62,166 nucleotides of DNA from an uncultured Gammaproteobacteria bacterium (lineage in GTDB: Bacteria > Pseudomonadota > Gammaproteobacteria > Francisellales > CACEW01): assembly GCA_902563055.1 (NCBI GenBank), contig CACEWE010000004.1:1-62166 (forward strand). The letters are read 5' to 3'. Positions 47,219 through 56,915 of this stretch are shown here, one piece after another (the stretch's first letter is position 1; every line of letters begins with the position of its first letter). The notes below the pieces were generated by a model. The model was not told the origin of the DNA and did no database searches. It saw only the letters and a program-made list of their open reading frames with translations. A program made the translations under genes and the position numbers.

Positions 47219-48334
47219 ATGTTTTTTTGCTCTAACTGTTCAACAGCTTATGGTAAAGAAAAAAGTATCTTACACTGTCTAAAAACAGACAGAGAATATG
47301 CACAATCTTGGAAAAATTCCTATGATTATGATCCCGAAGAAGCATATATTTTTGGTGAAACTATCAAAAAACTGGTAAAAGAAAAAAACCTTAAAAGTAT
47401 ATTTGATCTTGTTGAGGGTGAGTTAACTTCCGGTCCAAGAAAAAACTTTGTCCGTAATAAGAATTTCTCTGATATATTTTCTAACAAATGGCGAAACAGT
47501 GTACTTAAAAGTAAATCTCCTTGCTCACCGATGGGATGGCGAGGTTTTATGCTTGATCAAGGATCAATTTGGTACAACAAAGATCAAGATAAAAATAAAT
47601 GGTATATTGTTTCAATTAATGGAGCAAAAAATGAAAAAATTTCAGAAACAAAATTACCTATTGCTTGGAAAGTATCTGGGAAGATCATTCCACCTCAATG
47701 TTTCTCAACTTTATGGTTGTCTAGTGAAAATTACGAAAAATTTTCAAGTAAGTTTAACATTAAACATTATAAATATTTTTTAAATAATCCGGGCAAATTT
47801 TTAGGTAAAAAAATACCTAACTTAGAACCTATTCATTTTTGGGATGAAAAAATTTATCTTGCAGCACCACTTAAAGAATGTTTTAAAGGTAATTTAAGAG
47901 ATGGTAGTATAGTCAATACAACTAATTTTGATAGTATAAAAGATAAGCTCCGCGAGCTTACTAAACCCCCATTAGACTTCAAAAACATCATATCCAGTCT
48001 TGGTAAGCTGCAGGATACTGATATAAAAATAAGTAATAAATCTATTTATAACACAATTTGTTCAACTGAGTCTCCATGCACTGAATATGCTTATACTATT
48101 TTATCAAAAATTCCTTTACAAAAATGTAATAGTCTTGCTCCTCATATAACTGGTAAATGCGAAGCGTCTTTTTTAATTTCTGTAGGTAATAATAGTGGAG
48201 GTTCTATGGGATGGTATATGAGTTATAATATTTATGGACTATTTTCTTTTAATGATGATAAAAAATATATCATCCCACTTAAAAGCTTTGATAATAAAAA
48301 TAATGCAATTAATTATATCAAAGGCGATAAATGA
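47219..48334 (+). CDS. Hypothetical protein (orphan, very AT-rich, K/N-rich)
   Basis: 371-aa ORF with 'CSNCSTAYGKEKSILHC' at the N-terminus and no recognised domain. Confidence 0.5.
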   Translation: MFFCSNCSTAYGKEKSILHCLKTDREYAQSWKNSYDYDPEEAYIFGETIKKLVKEKNLKSIFDLVEGELTSGPRKNFVRNKNFSDIFSNKWRNSVLKSKSPCSPMGWRGFMLDQGSIWYNKDQDKNKWYIVSINGAKNEKISETKLPIAWKVSGKIIPPQCFSTLWLSSENYEKFSSKFNIKHYKYFLNNPGKFLGKKIPNLEPIHFWDEKIYLAAPLKECFKGNLRDGSIVNTTNFDSIKDKLRELTKPPLDFKNIISSLGKLQDTDIKISNKSIYNTICSTESPCTEYAYTILSKIPLQKCNSLAPHITGKCEASFLISVGNNSGGSMGWYMSYNIYGLFSFNDDKKYIIPLKSFDNKNNAINYIKGDK

Positions 48335-48497
48335 GAAAGATCTAAGCAGCAAAGAAGATCACCTCTGGATGAATACAAATGTCTATTGTGTTCATAAAAA
48401 ACATATAAAATGACAAGATAACTTGTAGTTTACAAGGTATAAATATCCTCCTACTCAAGGAAGAATGTACTTAAAGCTTACAAGATAAAAAATCAAA

Positions 48498-48959
48498 TTA
48501 TCCTGCGCGCAGCATTCTCTTTAAAGTTTCTATCGAGGTATTTTTCAATTTTTCCCATTTACTCTGATTGCTAATTATAGTTTGTGCACCGTCGAGTAAT
48601 TGATTCCCAAGCGCCCGGTAACAAGCAACAATCTCTTCATAAACATCTGCAGTAAAGTTATCGCTGTTATGTGCATTTATTATCTTATCTAGGTTCCCTC
48701 CAAGTATAATATCTGCTACCTTTAAATCTTTTTCATCATATTTTACAGAATAAATTTCTGATAAGTATGCTGAATATGCAATATTTGCTGCAATATCAAA
48801 TGATTCCTCATCGCCCAAAGAAAAGTCTACAGCACCATTACCCATTACAATACCAGCACATGCAGCAAGGTTGTCTAATTTTTCAGTTTTTGCTTTCGCA
48901 AAAGTACAAGAAATTGATAGTATTAATAAAATGCTCATGACTAACTTTATTATCTTCAC
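48498..48959 (-). CDS. Hypothetical secreted protein
   Basis: 153-aa ORF with the signal peptide 'MKIIKLVMSILLILSISCTFAKA'. Confidence 0.5.
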   Translation of the reverse strand: MKIIKLVMSILLILSISCTFAKAKTEKLDNLAACAGIVMGNGAVDFSLGDEESFDIAANIAYSAYLSEIYSVKYDEKDLKVADIILGGNLDKIINAHNSDNFTADVYEEIVACYRALGNQLLDGAQTIISNQSKWEKLKNTSIETLKRMLRAG

Positions 48960-49105
48960 AATAGTTCTCCTTGTTTAATACAACAAACATCATGTTAGAT
49001 AATATATAGAGTATTGTCCAATCTCATCCAATCTTTCATATCAGACTGGCATTGTCAAAATACCTAATTTCTATATAATGGTTTTATCCAAATGACTTAA
49101 GAGAC

Positions 49106-49504
49106 ATGATGATTTACCTTGAACCCTATAAGAAATATGCCGTTTTTGAAGGACGCGCTTCACGCAGGGAGTTTTGGACCTATAAACTCTTTGTTTGTCT
49201 TTTTTTTATTGCTTTAATTGGTGCAAGTGCAATCTTTGCAAGCCTTCACCTTTATGTACTTTCATCTTTGATGGGTATAGCGATGGTTTTATTTAGTATC
49301 TTTACCATCATCCCTGGCATTGCCGTTACCTTTCGGCGTTTACATGATACCAATCGCAGCGGCTGGTTTTTGTTATTATTCTTTATTCCTGTGATTGGAT
49401 CACTGGTTTTGCTTATTACGTTTTGTCTAAAAAGCACCCCAGGCGCAAATCAGTATGGGCCGCACCCTTACGGACTTTCTGATACAAAAAAAGAGGGACG
49501 ATAA
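49106..49504 (+). CDS. DUF805 family inner membrane protein (YhaH/YhaI-like)
   Basis: 'FEGRASRREFWTY' and 'TFRRLHDTNRSGW' are the DUF805 signatures. Confidence 0.8.
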   Translation: MMIYLEPYKKYAVFEGRASRREFWTYKLFVCLFFIALIGASAIFASLHLYVLSSLMGIAMVLFSIFTIIPGIAVTFRRLHDTNRSGWFLLLFFIPVIGSLVLLITFCLKSTPGANQYGPHPYGLSDTKKEGR

Positions 49505-49585
49505 AAAAACTAGTTTGCCCTTACGTCCTTGCATTTAAAGCCGTTTCTTGATAGCGTAAGTGCAGCTAAAAAACCTAAGTATAGT

Positions 49586-50098
49586 ATGCCCATTACTCTT
49601 ATTAGTGCCATGACAAAAAATCGCGTTATTGGAAAAGATAATAGCATTCCCTGGCACCTACCTGCAGACTTTGCATATTTCAAAAAGCATACCATGGGAA
49701 AACCCATGCTGATGGGCTATCATACCTTTGTGTCTTTACCAGGCGTACTACCTGGTCGCAAACATTTTGTACTCTCTCATGAACCACTTCAAAGCGAGCA
49801 TTCAGATGTTATGTGGCTTAAAAGCTTGGATGATGTATCCCAACATATTGATCCCAGCCAAGAGTTAATGGTTATAGGTGGCGCACATGTGTATAGTCAA
49901 ATGATTGATCAAGCGGACACTATCTTGCTTACAGAAATTGATGTAGAGATAGATGGAGATCGTTACTTCCCAAGCATTAATACCCAGGATTTTGAAAAAA
50001 CATCCTGCAGTCATTACCCTAAAGATGAGCATAATGCTTATGCCATGAATTTTTTGCGTTATGAACGCATCAAGAAGCACGCGCATGGCCAATCATAA
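49586..50098 (+). CDS. folA: Dihydrofolate reductase
   Basis: 'ITLISAMTKNRVIGKDNSIPWHLPADFAYFKKHTMGKPMLMG'. The start is at Met20 of the tracked ORF. Confidence 0.9.
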   Translation: MPITLISAMTKNRVIGKDNSIPWHLPADFAYFKKHTMGKPMLMGYHTFVSLPGVLPGRKHFVLSHEPLQSEHSDVMWLKSLDDVSQHIDPSQELMVIGGAHVYSQMIDQADTILLTEIDVEIDGDRYFPSINTQDFEKTSCSHYPKDEHNAYAMNFLRYERIKKHAHGQS

Positions 50099-50996
50099 TT
50101 CCGCGCCTTTTTCAGCCATCGTTATCGCTAGTTTCGGTCAAAAGGTTCGTGTTTTAGATAGCCAAATGGAGGTTTTTTCTTGTGAATGTTATAAAAGCCT
50201 TGGCCCGCTTGTCGTTGGCGATAAGGTACAGGTACAACAAGATAGCGATACGGGTCACTATATTGTTAAAACAGTTGCACAGCGCAGCAACACTTTATTA
50301 CGCCCGGATATTCAAAAAAAGATGCGTGCCGTTGCCACTTGTGTCGATCAAATTTTTATCGTTGTGGCCATTGAGCCGGCTTTTCGCCTGCTTCAGATAG
50401 ATAAAATGATTGCGGCTTTAAGCGTGCAAGGCTTCAAGCCTATTATACTACTTAATAAAATGGATTTAGCAGATCAAGCACCAACAAGTCTCGCGCAGCT
50501 AGAGCAAATCTACAGTAAACTTGGCTACCTGGTTTTACATACCAGTGCTCAAGAAACAAAGAGCCTTAAAGCCCTGCAAAGCCAGCTTCAGGACAAGGTT
50601 AATATTTTTATTGGCCCCTCAGGCGTTGGCAAATCTAGTTTGCTTAATGCTATGATGCCACATTTAGAACTCAAGACCAAAACCCTCTCAGAAAAAGCCA
50701 AAGGACGCCACACCACTAGTACCATTCACTATTACCAGCTTAATCCTAGCACTGCAATTATCGACTCTCCTGGTTTTGATGATTTTGGTTTATGGGATAT
50801 TGACCCCAAAACCTTGCAGCAAGGTTTTAGAGAAATAAATCAGATAGGCCAGAACTGTCAATTTCGAAACTGTCAGCATATTCATGAGCCTGGCTGCATG
50901 GTAAAGGCAGCAGTGGAACAAGGTACCATTAGCAAAAGTCGCTATGAACATTACATGAAATTATGGCTTGAGAGTAAAGATAATAATGCATCATAG
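50085..50996 (+). CDS. rsgA: Ribosome small-subunit biogenesis GTPase RsgA (YjeQ)
   Basis: Circularly permuted GTPase with 'LLNKMDL' preceding 'GPSGVGKSSLLNA', and the C-terminal zinc knuckle 'CQFRNCQHIHEPGC'. The ORF opens at 50061. Confidence 0.9.
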   Translation: MANHNSAPFSAIVIASFGQKVRVLDSQMEVFSCECYKSLGPLVVGDKVQVQQDSDTGHYIVKTVAQRSNTLLRPDIQKKMRAVATCVDQIFIVVAIEPAFRLLQIDKMIAALSVQGFKPIILLNKMDLADQAPTSLAQLEQIYSKLGYLVLHTSAQETKSLKALQSQLQDKVNIFIGPSGVGKSSLLNAMMPHLELKTKTLSEKAKGRHTTSTIHYYQLNPSTAIIDSPGFDDFGLWDIDPKTLQQGFREINQIGQNCQFRNCQHIHEPGCMVKAAVEQGTISKSRYEHYMKLWLESKDNNAS

Positions 50997-51220
50997 CGCA
51001 GGTGAAAAAACCACAGCTTCTATTAGATTGAACAATATTAACAAGCAATCAAAGGTATAAAAAAACAGCATTGATAGCTTTATCGCTGCGCATTTCATTA
51101 ATGGGACCTTGCATCACTATACCTATAAAATATTAGACACTAGAGTACTCTAAGCAGACGCTGCTCCGTAGTTGGTTTCATCTACATTTCCATCACTAGC
51201 AGTATCTCTTTTAGGACTAT

Positions 51221-52027
51221 TTAAACAGCAGGAAGTCGTCCACCATTGCTGGACGACTGGACCCTGCCAAAGCAGCACCAACTATTACGCTCACTGTGTG
51301 ATGCCCCATCTGACCCAGCTGGTATTGATCCATATGATGGATGGCCCTCTTCAGGTCCTCGATTTACACGTCTACCATCACTCCGATTAGAAGGACACAT
51401 CAATTTGTTGAATCCTTTTTCAAGATCACTGCGATACCAAAGCAATACTGGCAAAAAGACAGGTAGTCCTATACACACCCACTTGATACAAAAAAAAGTA
51501 TCATCATCAATTTCAACTAAATGTTTTTCGGTTATGGTGTTGTTATTGTACAAACTAGACACGTTAGCTTCACAATAAAATATATTAACAACTATGGTAT
51601 GATTTGAGTCATCATATATTTGATACTTTCCTGAGGGGTCCTTAGATATACTATACAAAACGGTAGGCAAGATATAATTGGTCAAAAAAAGGAAAGAGAA
51701 ATTTATAAACAGGAATGTAAAAAATGCACATTGACCATCACTTAGATTCACATCTCCAGTATTATTTTCTTGATCGTTTTCTTGCAAAGTGTTGGCACAA
51801 ATTCCAAGGAATATGACACACAACCCGAATCCTGCAGAGAATTTAAAAAGAGTATGCAGGTCTTTATCTCCCTGCTCATGACATACGGTACCATTGATAC
51901 CAATAGTGTCTTCTGGACCCCAATTAACTGTATCATTGATACCAATAGTGTCTTCTGGACCCCAATTAACTCTACCATTGATACCAATAGTGTCTTCTGG
52001 ACCCCAATTAACTCTACCATTACTCAT
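51221..52027 (-). CDS. Hypothetical membrane protein with N-terminal 14-aa tandem repeats
   Basis: 268-aa ORF. (G[RT]VNWGPEDTIGIN)x3 sits at the N-terminus, followed by three hydrophobic helices. A degenerate related motif 'GRRVNRGPEEG' lies near the C-terminus. Confidence 0.5.
   Translation of the reverse strand: MSNGRVNWGPEDTIGINGRVNWGPEDTIGINDTVNWGPEDTIGINGTVCHEQGDKDLHTLFKFSAGFGLCVIFLGICANTLQENDQENNTGDVNLSDGQCAFFTFLFINFSFLFLTNYILPTVLYSISKDPSGKYQIYDDSNHTIVVNIFYCEANVSSLYNNNTITEKHLVEIDDDTFFCIKWVCIGLPVFLPVLLWYRSDLEKGFNKLMCPSNRSDGRRVNRGPEEGHPSYGSIPAGSDGASHSERNSWCCFGRVQSSSNGGRLPAV
51891..52016. repeat. 42-bp tandem repeat x3 (coding)
   Basis: (c/t)cattgataccaatagtgtcttctggaccccaattaact(g/c)ta repeated three times, with only 2 differences in 126 bp. 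Confidence 0.9.
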
Positions 52028-52446
52028 AAAAACACACCCCTATTGATAAACATAAAATAAATTCAACAATCATTGTAATATTTTATTTTCAATATTCAAG
52101 CATGACATTGTTTCCTATTTGTAAAGGCCCGCATATTGGCTGCTCATCTACAAATGGAAGGAACAATCATTTATTGTTTAAGAAACGAGACAACTGTAGA
52201 CCCTGCGCTAAAATTCTAACGGACAAACCATATTGTGCTGCTACTTTTAAGTGCAAAATACGAAACAAATCCAATACTTTGGAAATACATATTTTCAAAC
52301 ATTCAAAGTCAACTATAATTACGTGGTAATTTCTAAAACGAAAGTGACCGATGTAAAACTATCATCGCTTGCAAAATCAAACAGTTTTTCACTCTCAAAC
52401 CGTGGATCCCAGGAAAACACCAGACTATCTACTTTTAGAGCCAAAC

Positions 52447-52989
52447 TTAAGCATTAATATTGGATGAAGCATTCTTATCTTGAGCGCGTTTTTGCATCAC
52501 GCCCCACACTTGCCATAAACTCAAAAGTAATAATACGGCAAGCAACAAAGCACTATAAACGGCCATGCCTAACCCTAAAAACTGCCAATGATGCTCTGCA
52601 CAATCTGCCGTACCAACAAAAAGACGATGCAAAAAATTCAACCATGGGTGACCTTCAACAAATTGCTTGAGTTCAATGGGACACGCCATGCTTTGACCAT
52701 TTGGAAAATATTGCAACATCACTTGTTTATTGGCATAAAAAAGCCCACCCAACGCAGCAATTACATTACATAAGCTACATATGAGTGCACTGTAATAGCG
52801 CGCAGCGAGAAACAAGCCAAATAAGGAAAAAAGCGCAACTAACATCATTGCAATGCGCTGAAACACGCACAAAGGGCATGGTTCTATGCCTTGTGCAAAT
52901 TGAAAATATAAGGCCACCGCAACGGCTAATGCGCTGAGAAATAAACTTGCATAAAAACGCTGCCTGAGGGATAAGGAAAAGAGTTGCAT
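52447..52989 (-). CDS. dsbB: Disulfide bond formation protein DsbB
   Basis: Four TM helices, 'CPLCVFQR' (CxxC) in loop 1, and a second Cys pair in loop 2. The likely start is 'MQLFSL' at 52989; the ORF opens at 53088, which would overlap polA. Confidence 0.85.
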   Translation of the reverse strand: MQLFSLSLRQRFYASLFLSALAVAVALYFQFAQGIEPCPLCVFQRIAMMLVALFSLFGLFLAARYYSALICSLCNVIAALGGLFYANKQVMLQYFPNGQSMACPIELKQFVEGHPWLNFLHRLFVGTADCAEHHWQFLGLGMAVYSALLLAVLLLLSLWQVWGVMQKRAQDKNASSNINA

Positions 52990-53042
52990 AGGGTTAGCCA
53001 AACACGGTTGATGTGTGTTAGAATACCCCACATTAATGCAAA

Positions 53043-55736
53043 ATGGAAGTTGATATGACGGATCCGGTAATTTTAGTAGATGGCTCATCCTACTTATTTC
53101 GAGCCTTCTATGCCCTACCTCATCTTAAAAGCCCACAGGGTGAGCCCAGCGGTGCTATTTTAGGGGTCATGAATATGCTAAAACGCCTGCTTAAAGATCA
53201 CGACCCTCAACATATCGGAATTATTTTTGACCCTAAAGGTAAAAACTTCAGACACGATATTTACCCAGAATACAAAGCCAATCGCAGTGCCATGCCAGAG
53301 GATTTGTCTTGTCAAATTCAAGCAACATTCAACATGATTGAATTGATGGGACTGCCCTTAATTATTGTCGATGGAGTGGAGGCTGATGATGTTATTGGCT
53401 CACTGTCCAAACAACTTGTAGCACAAAACCGTACTGTGTTAATTTCCTCTAGTGATAAAGATTTAGCGCAGTTGATTGAGCCAGGTGTGAGCATTATCGA
53501 CACCATGAAAGATGTGCACATTGACACGGCCTTAGTAGAGCAAAAATATGGGGTTCGGCCAGATCAAATTATTGATCTTTTAGCACTGGCGGGTGATACC
53601 TCAGATAATATCCCAGGCATTCCCTCTGTTGGCATGAAAACTGCAGCCAAGTGGCTCCAACAATATGATAGCTTAGAAAATCTTCTTGCCCATAGTTCAG
53701 AAATTAAGGGCAAAGTTGGCGAAAAACTTCGTGACAATGAAGACTTAGCCCATCTTTCAAAACGGTTAACCACTATTAAATGCGATGTCGATATTAAAAT
53801 AGATCTCTCACAACTGCAGCGCCAAGCGACCGATCATACACCCTTTATTGATGCCTTAAAAAAATGGGGCTTTAGCAGTTGGCTTAAAGAATACAGCCAT
53901 GAAGAAATTCAAGCACAAAGCACAGAAGATACCGCGCAGTACGAATGTATTTTAACCGGCAAACAACTGGATCGTTATTTAGATAAAATTAAACAGCAAC
54001 AGTCTTGTGCCCTAGATACTGAAACCACCAGTCTAGATAGCCAAAGCGCTAAACTTGTGGGCATTTCTCTTGCTGTGGCACAAGGGCATGCTTGTTATAT
54101 TCCGCTGGCACATGATTATCTTGGTGCTCCAGCGCAGCTCGAGCAAAATATGGTATTGAGCAAACTTAAAACCATCCTAGAAGATCCCGCAATTGCCGTT
54201 ATTGGCCAAAATATTAAGTATGATTACCATATTTTAAGTCGCTATGGCATTGAAATTGCCAATGTTGCCTTTGATACGATGCTTGCGAGTTTTGTGCTCT
54301 ATAGTGGTCAGGGCCGTCATGGCTTAGATTACCAAGCCTTAAAGTTTTTTAATCATTCATGCATCTCCTATGAAAGCTTAACCGGCTCTGGTGCCAAACA
54401 AATCCCTTTTAGCCAGGTAGATGTCCACCAAGCTTGTACCTATGCATCTGAAGATGCCGATTATACCTGGCGCTTATACCAGCACCACAAAGCAGAATTT
54501 GCTAAAGAACCTGGGCTTCTTGAGGTTTTCAAGCACATAGAAATGCCCTTGGTTAAGATTTTGGTGAACATGGAACAAACAGGCGTGTTGCTTGACCGCC
54601 CGCAGCTTGCGCTACAAGCCGAGCAATTAAGCACAAAATTACAGGCCTTAGAACAAAAGGTCCATGCGCTTGCCGGCGAGCCATTTAATCTAGGTTCGCC
54701 TAAGCAATTACAACATATACTTTATGAGCGCATGGATATAAAGGTTATTAAAAAAACCCCAGGTGGCCAACCGTCAACCTCTGAGGAAGTTTTAATGACG
54801 CTGGCGCCAGATTACCCTATCGTTGAGCACATTCTTATCTATCGCCATTTAAGCAAACTCTTAAGCACCTATTTATTGCCATTACCACAGCAAGCAGATG
54901 CACAAGGGCGCATTCACACTACGTATTTGCAAAGTGGTGCCGCAACCGGGCGTTTTTCTTCCGCCAAACCCAATTTACAAAACATTCCAATAAAAACCAA
55001 AGAAGGCCGAGCCATACGCAGTGCCTTTATTGCGCCTAAAGATCATCTTTTAGTTGCCGCTGATTATTCCCAGGTTGAACTGCGTATTATGGCCCATTTA
55101 TCCAATGACCCTGGTCTTTTAAAGGCTTTTAAGAACAATGTTGATGTTCATCAAAGTACGGCAAGTGATGTATTTGATGTGCCACTAGATGCCGTCACTG
55201 ACGCGCAGCGCCGCGCAGCTAAGGCAATCAACTTTGGTTTAATGTATGGCATGAGTGCATTTGGTTTGGCCAAACAATTACAGTGTGATCGTGCCCAAGC
55301 AGCACAGTATATAGAATCTTATTTTGCTCGTTATCCCAAGGTCAAAGATTTTATGCATCAAAGTGAGCAACAAGCGATAGAACATGGTTATGTAGAAACA
55401 CTTGCCAAACGACGTCTCTATCTTCCTGATATTCATGCTAAAAATGGTTTAAAAAGGCAGGCGGCTCAACGAGCAGCGATTAATGCGCCACTGCAAGGTT
55501 CTGCTGCTGACATTATTAAGCGCGCCATGATTCAAGTCCATCAAACCCTACAAGAAGGGCAGTATCGGGCAACAATGCTCATGCAAGTGCACGATGAATT
55601 GGTCTTTGAAGTCCACCAAGAAGATGTTGCTGCCTTTAAAATATTTATCGCTAAAGCCATGCAAGATGCAGCAGCACTCAGTGTGCCGCTCCTGGTGGAT
55701 GTGGGAAGCGGATACAACTGGCAAGAGGCGCATTAA
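53043..55736 (+). CDS. polA: DNA polymerase I
   Basis: 5'-nuclease 'ILVDGSSYLFRAFYA', 3'-5' exonuclease 'ALDTETTSLD', and polymerase motifs 'DYSQVELRIMAHLS' and 'QVHDELVFEV'. An alternative start is at 53055. Confidence 0.95.
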   Translation: MEVDMTDPVILVDGSSYLFRAFYALPHLKSPQGEPSGAILGVMNMLKRLLKDHDPQHIGIIFDPKGKNFRHDIYPEYKANRSAMPEDLSCQIQATFNMIELMGLPLIIVDGVEADDVIGSLSKQLVAQNRTVLISSSDKDLAQLIEPGVSIIDTMKDVHIDTALVEQKYGVRPDQIIDLLALAGDTSDNIPGIPSVGMKTAAKWLQQYDSLENLLAHSSEIKGKVGEKLRDNEDLAHLSKRLTTIKCDVDIKIDLSQLQRQATDHTPFIDALKKWGFSSWLKEYSHEEIQAQSTEDTAQYECILTGKQLDRYLDKIKQQQSCALDTETTSLDSQSAKLVGISLAVAQGHACYIPLAHDYLGAPAQLEQNMVLSKLKTILEDPAIAVIGQNIKYDYHILSRYGIEIANVAFDTMLASFVLYSGQGRHGLDYQALKFFNHSCISYESLTGSGAKQIPFSQVDVHQACTYASEDADYTWRLYQHHKAEFAKEPGLLEVFKHIEMPLVKILVNMEQTGVLLDRPQLALQAEQLSTKLQALEQKVHALAGEPFNLGSPKQLQHILYERMDIKVIKKTPGGQPSTSEEVLMTLAPDYPIVEHILIYRHLSKLLSTYLLPLPQQADAQGRIHTTYLQSGAATGRFSSAKPNLQNIPIKTKEGRAIRSAFIAPKDHLLVAADYSQVELRIMAHLSNDPGLLKAFKNNVDVHQSTASDVFDVPLDAVTDAQRRAAKAINFGLMYGMSAFGLAKQLQCDRAQAAQYIESYFARYPKVKDFMHQSEQQAIEHGYVETLAKRRLYLPDIHAKNGLKRQAAQRAAINAPLQGSAADIIKRAMIQVHQTLQEGQYRATMLMQVHDELVFEVHQEDVAAFKIFIAKAMQDAAALSVPLLVDVGSGYNWQEAH

Positions 55737-55857
55737 GATATAACTTTTAGGGAATAAAAAATAAAAAAAACAAATCAATGTTCAATCAAGGCAATTTATA
55801 GTTGACATTTAAATATATTATGTTAGCATTATGTAACTTGTTAATATTTAATAAATA

Positions 55858-56529
55858 ATGAGCTTTACAACAGACAAACCTCCACTAACTCCAAAACAAA
55901 TGGAAGAAAAATTTGAAATGATTTTTCGTATTAATGAATGTAAGCCTAAATCTTTTTCAGACTTAGGCTTAAATCTTACATTAGATCTGTTTGGTGTAAG
56001 AAATTTTCAAGAATTTTTTTTACTGCTTCTAAAATATAAACTTGAAGAATTGATTGAGATTGAAATGATTGAATACGAACGAGACTATTCGGGTATCAAA
56101 TGTGCTCTTTTTTCAAAAAAGCTAAGGAATGAAATGGATTCTCATTTTAACGGTAAGGACTTAAATAAAGCTATAACTTTTTGTGCAATGAATTATTTGC
56201 CGTCTAAGGAAAGAAGAAGATTTTTATTTATGAGAAGCCACAGTGGGATTGATGCTTTTGAAGTTGACTGGGAGCAAAGCCCTACGTCCATACTTGATTT
56301 TAAACACAAGTTTGATATTGATCAAACCATAGCTTCTGGTAAATTGATGGGCAGCAAGCATTGTTGTTTAAGTTGGGCTTTTAGAAGAAGCGGACCAAAG
56401 AATGCAGTAGCAGTAGTACCAGCACCGGCTGTAAGCACAGCACGTAAAAACCCTTGTAGTTTTTTTGCTAGCCAAGGGTCTTGCTTTACAAGAGATAATA
56501 AAGTAGGCCCAAGCCAACTACCTGATTAA
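55858..56529 (+). CDS. Hypothetical protein (orphan)
   Basis: 223-aa ORF in an AT-rich tract after polA. A TTGACAT -35-like hexamer lies about 55 nt upstream. No domain was recognised. Confidence 0.5.
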   Translation: MSFTTDKPPLTPKQMEEKFEMIFRINECKPKSFSDLGLNLTLDLFGVRNFQEFFLLLLKYKLEELIEIEMIEYERDYSGIKCALFSKKLRNEMDSHFNGKDLNKAITFCAMNYLPSKERRRFLFMRSHSGIDAFEVDWEQSPTSILDFKHKFDIDQTIASGKLMGSKHCCLSWAFRRSGPKNAVAVVPAPAVSTARKNPCSFFASQGSCFTRDNKVGPSQLPD

Positions 56530-56669
56530 ATTATATCTTGAAGAAAAGAAAAAAATTAACGAACAAAAATGATAGTATAAATTGACATTATATTGGATTA
56601 TTTTATTATGTTTTTTTATGTGTTCTTTAGGCAGTATGACAAGAAAATATCTAGTAATTATAAGAAAAT

Positions 56670-56915
56670 TTGACTCATTCATCTATAATTATTATTTTTA
56701 AAAATCCTACCTTAGACATAGATGTGAGTGACGCCAAAGTGAAGTTAAAAGATATCATAACTGGGATGGCAAACAAAAAAAATAGCTTTTTAAACGATAA
56801 TCGTATAAAAACTAGATTAGAAGGGATTATATCGCTCGTAAAGAATGAAGTCTCAAAGAAAAAAAGATGTTCAGATCGGAATTCCCTTTTATTGATGCGA
56901 ACCCTCTTGAAATAG
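56670..56915 (+). CDS. Hypothetical small ORF, possibly the 5' part of a frameshifted gene
   Basis: 81-aa ORF with a TTG start. It overlaps the next ORF at an A7 tract (56859-56865). Confidence 0.3.
   Translation: MTHSSIIIIFKNPTLDIDVSDAKVKLKDIITGMANKKNSFLNDNRIKTRLEGIISLVKNEVSKKKRCSDRNSLLLMRTLLK

Noticed and set aside
52028-52446. A 420-bp gap between the repeat-protein gene and dsbB. It contains a Cys/Lys-rich 75-aa ORF (52102-52329) and a few GGA motifs, which raised the possibility of a small protein or an Rsm-type sRNA.
   Set aside because: No Shine-Dalgarno, no clear promoter/terminator pair, and too few, unstructured GGA motifs to support an RsmY/Z-like call. I cannot substantiate it without RNA data or a covariance model search.
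55838-55857. TTAATATTTAATAAAT just upstream of ORF 55858 resembles PmrA-type TTAATATT effector-promoter repeats.
   Set aside because: It sits only about 4-20 nt from the ATG, inside the leader rather than upstream of a -10 element. The half-site spacing does not match the described tandem arrangement, and the sequence is ordinary for AT-rich DNA.
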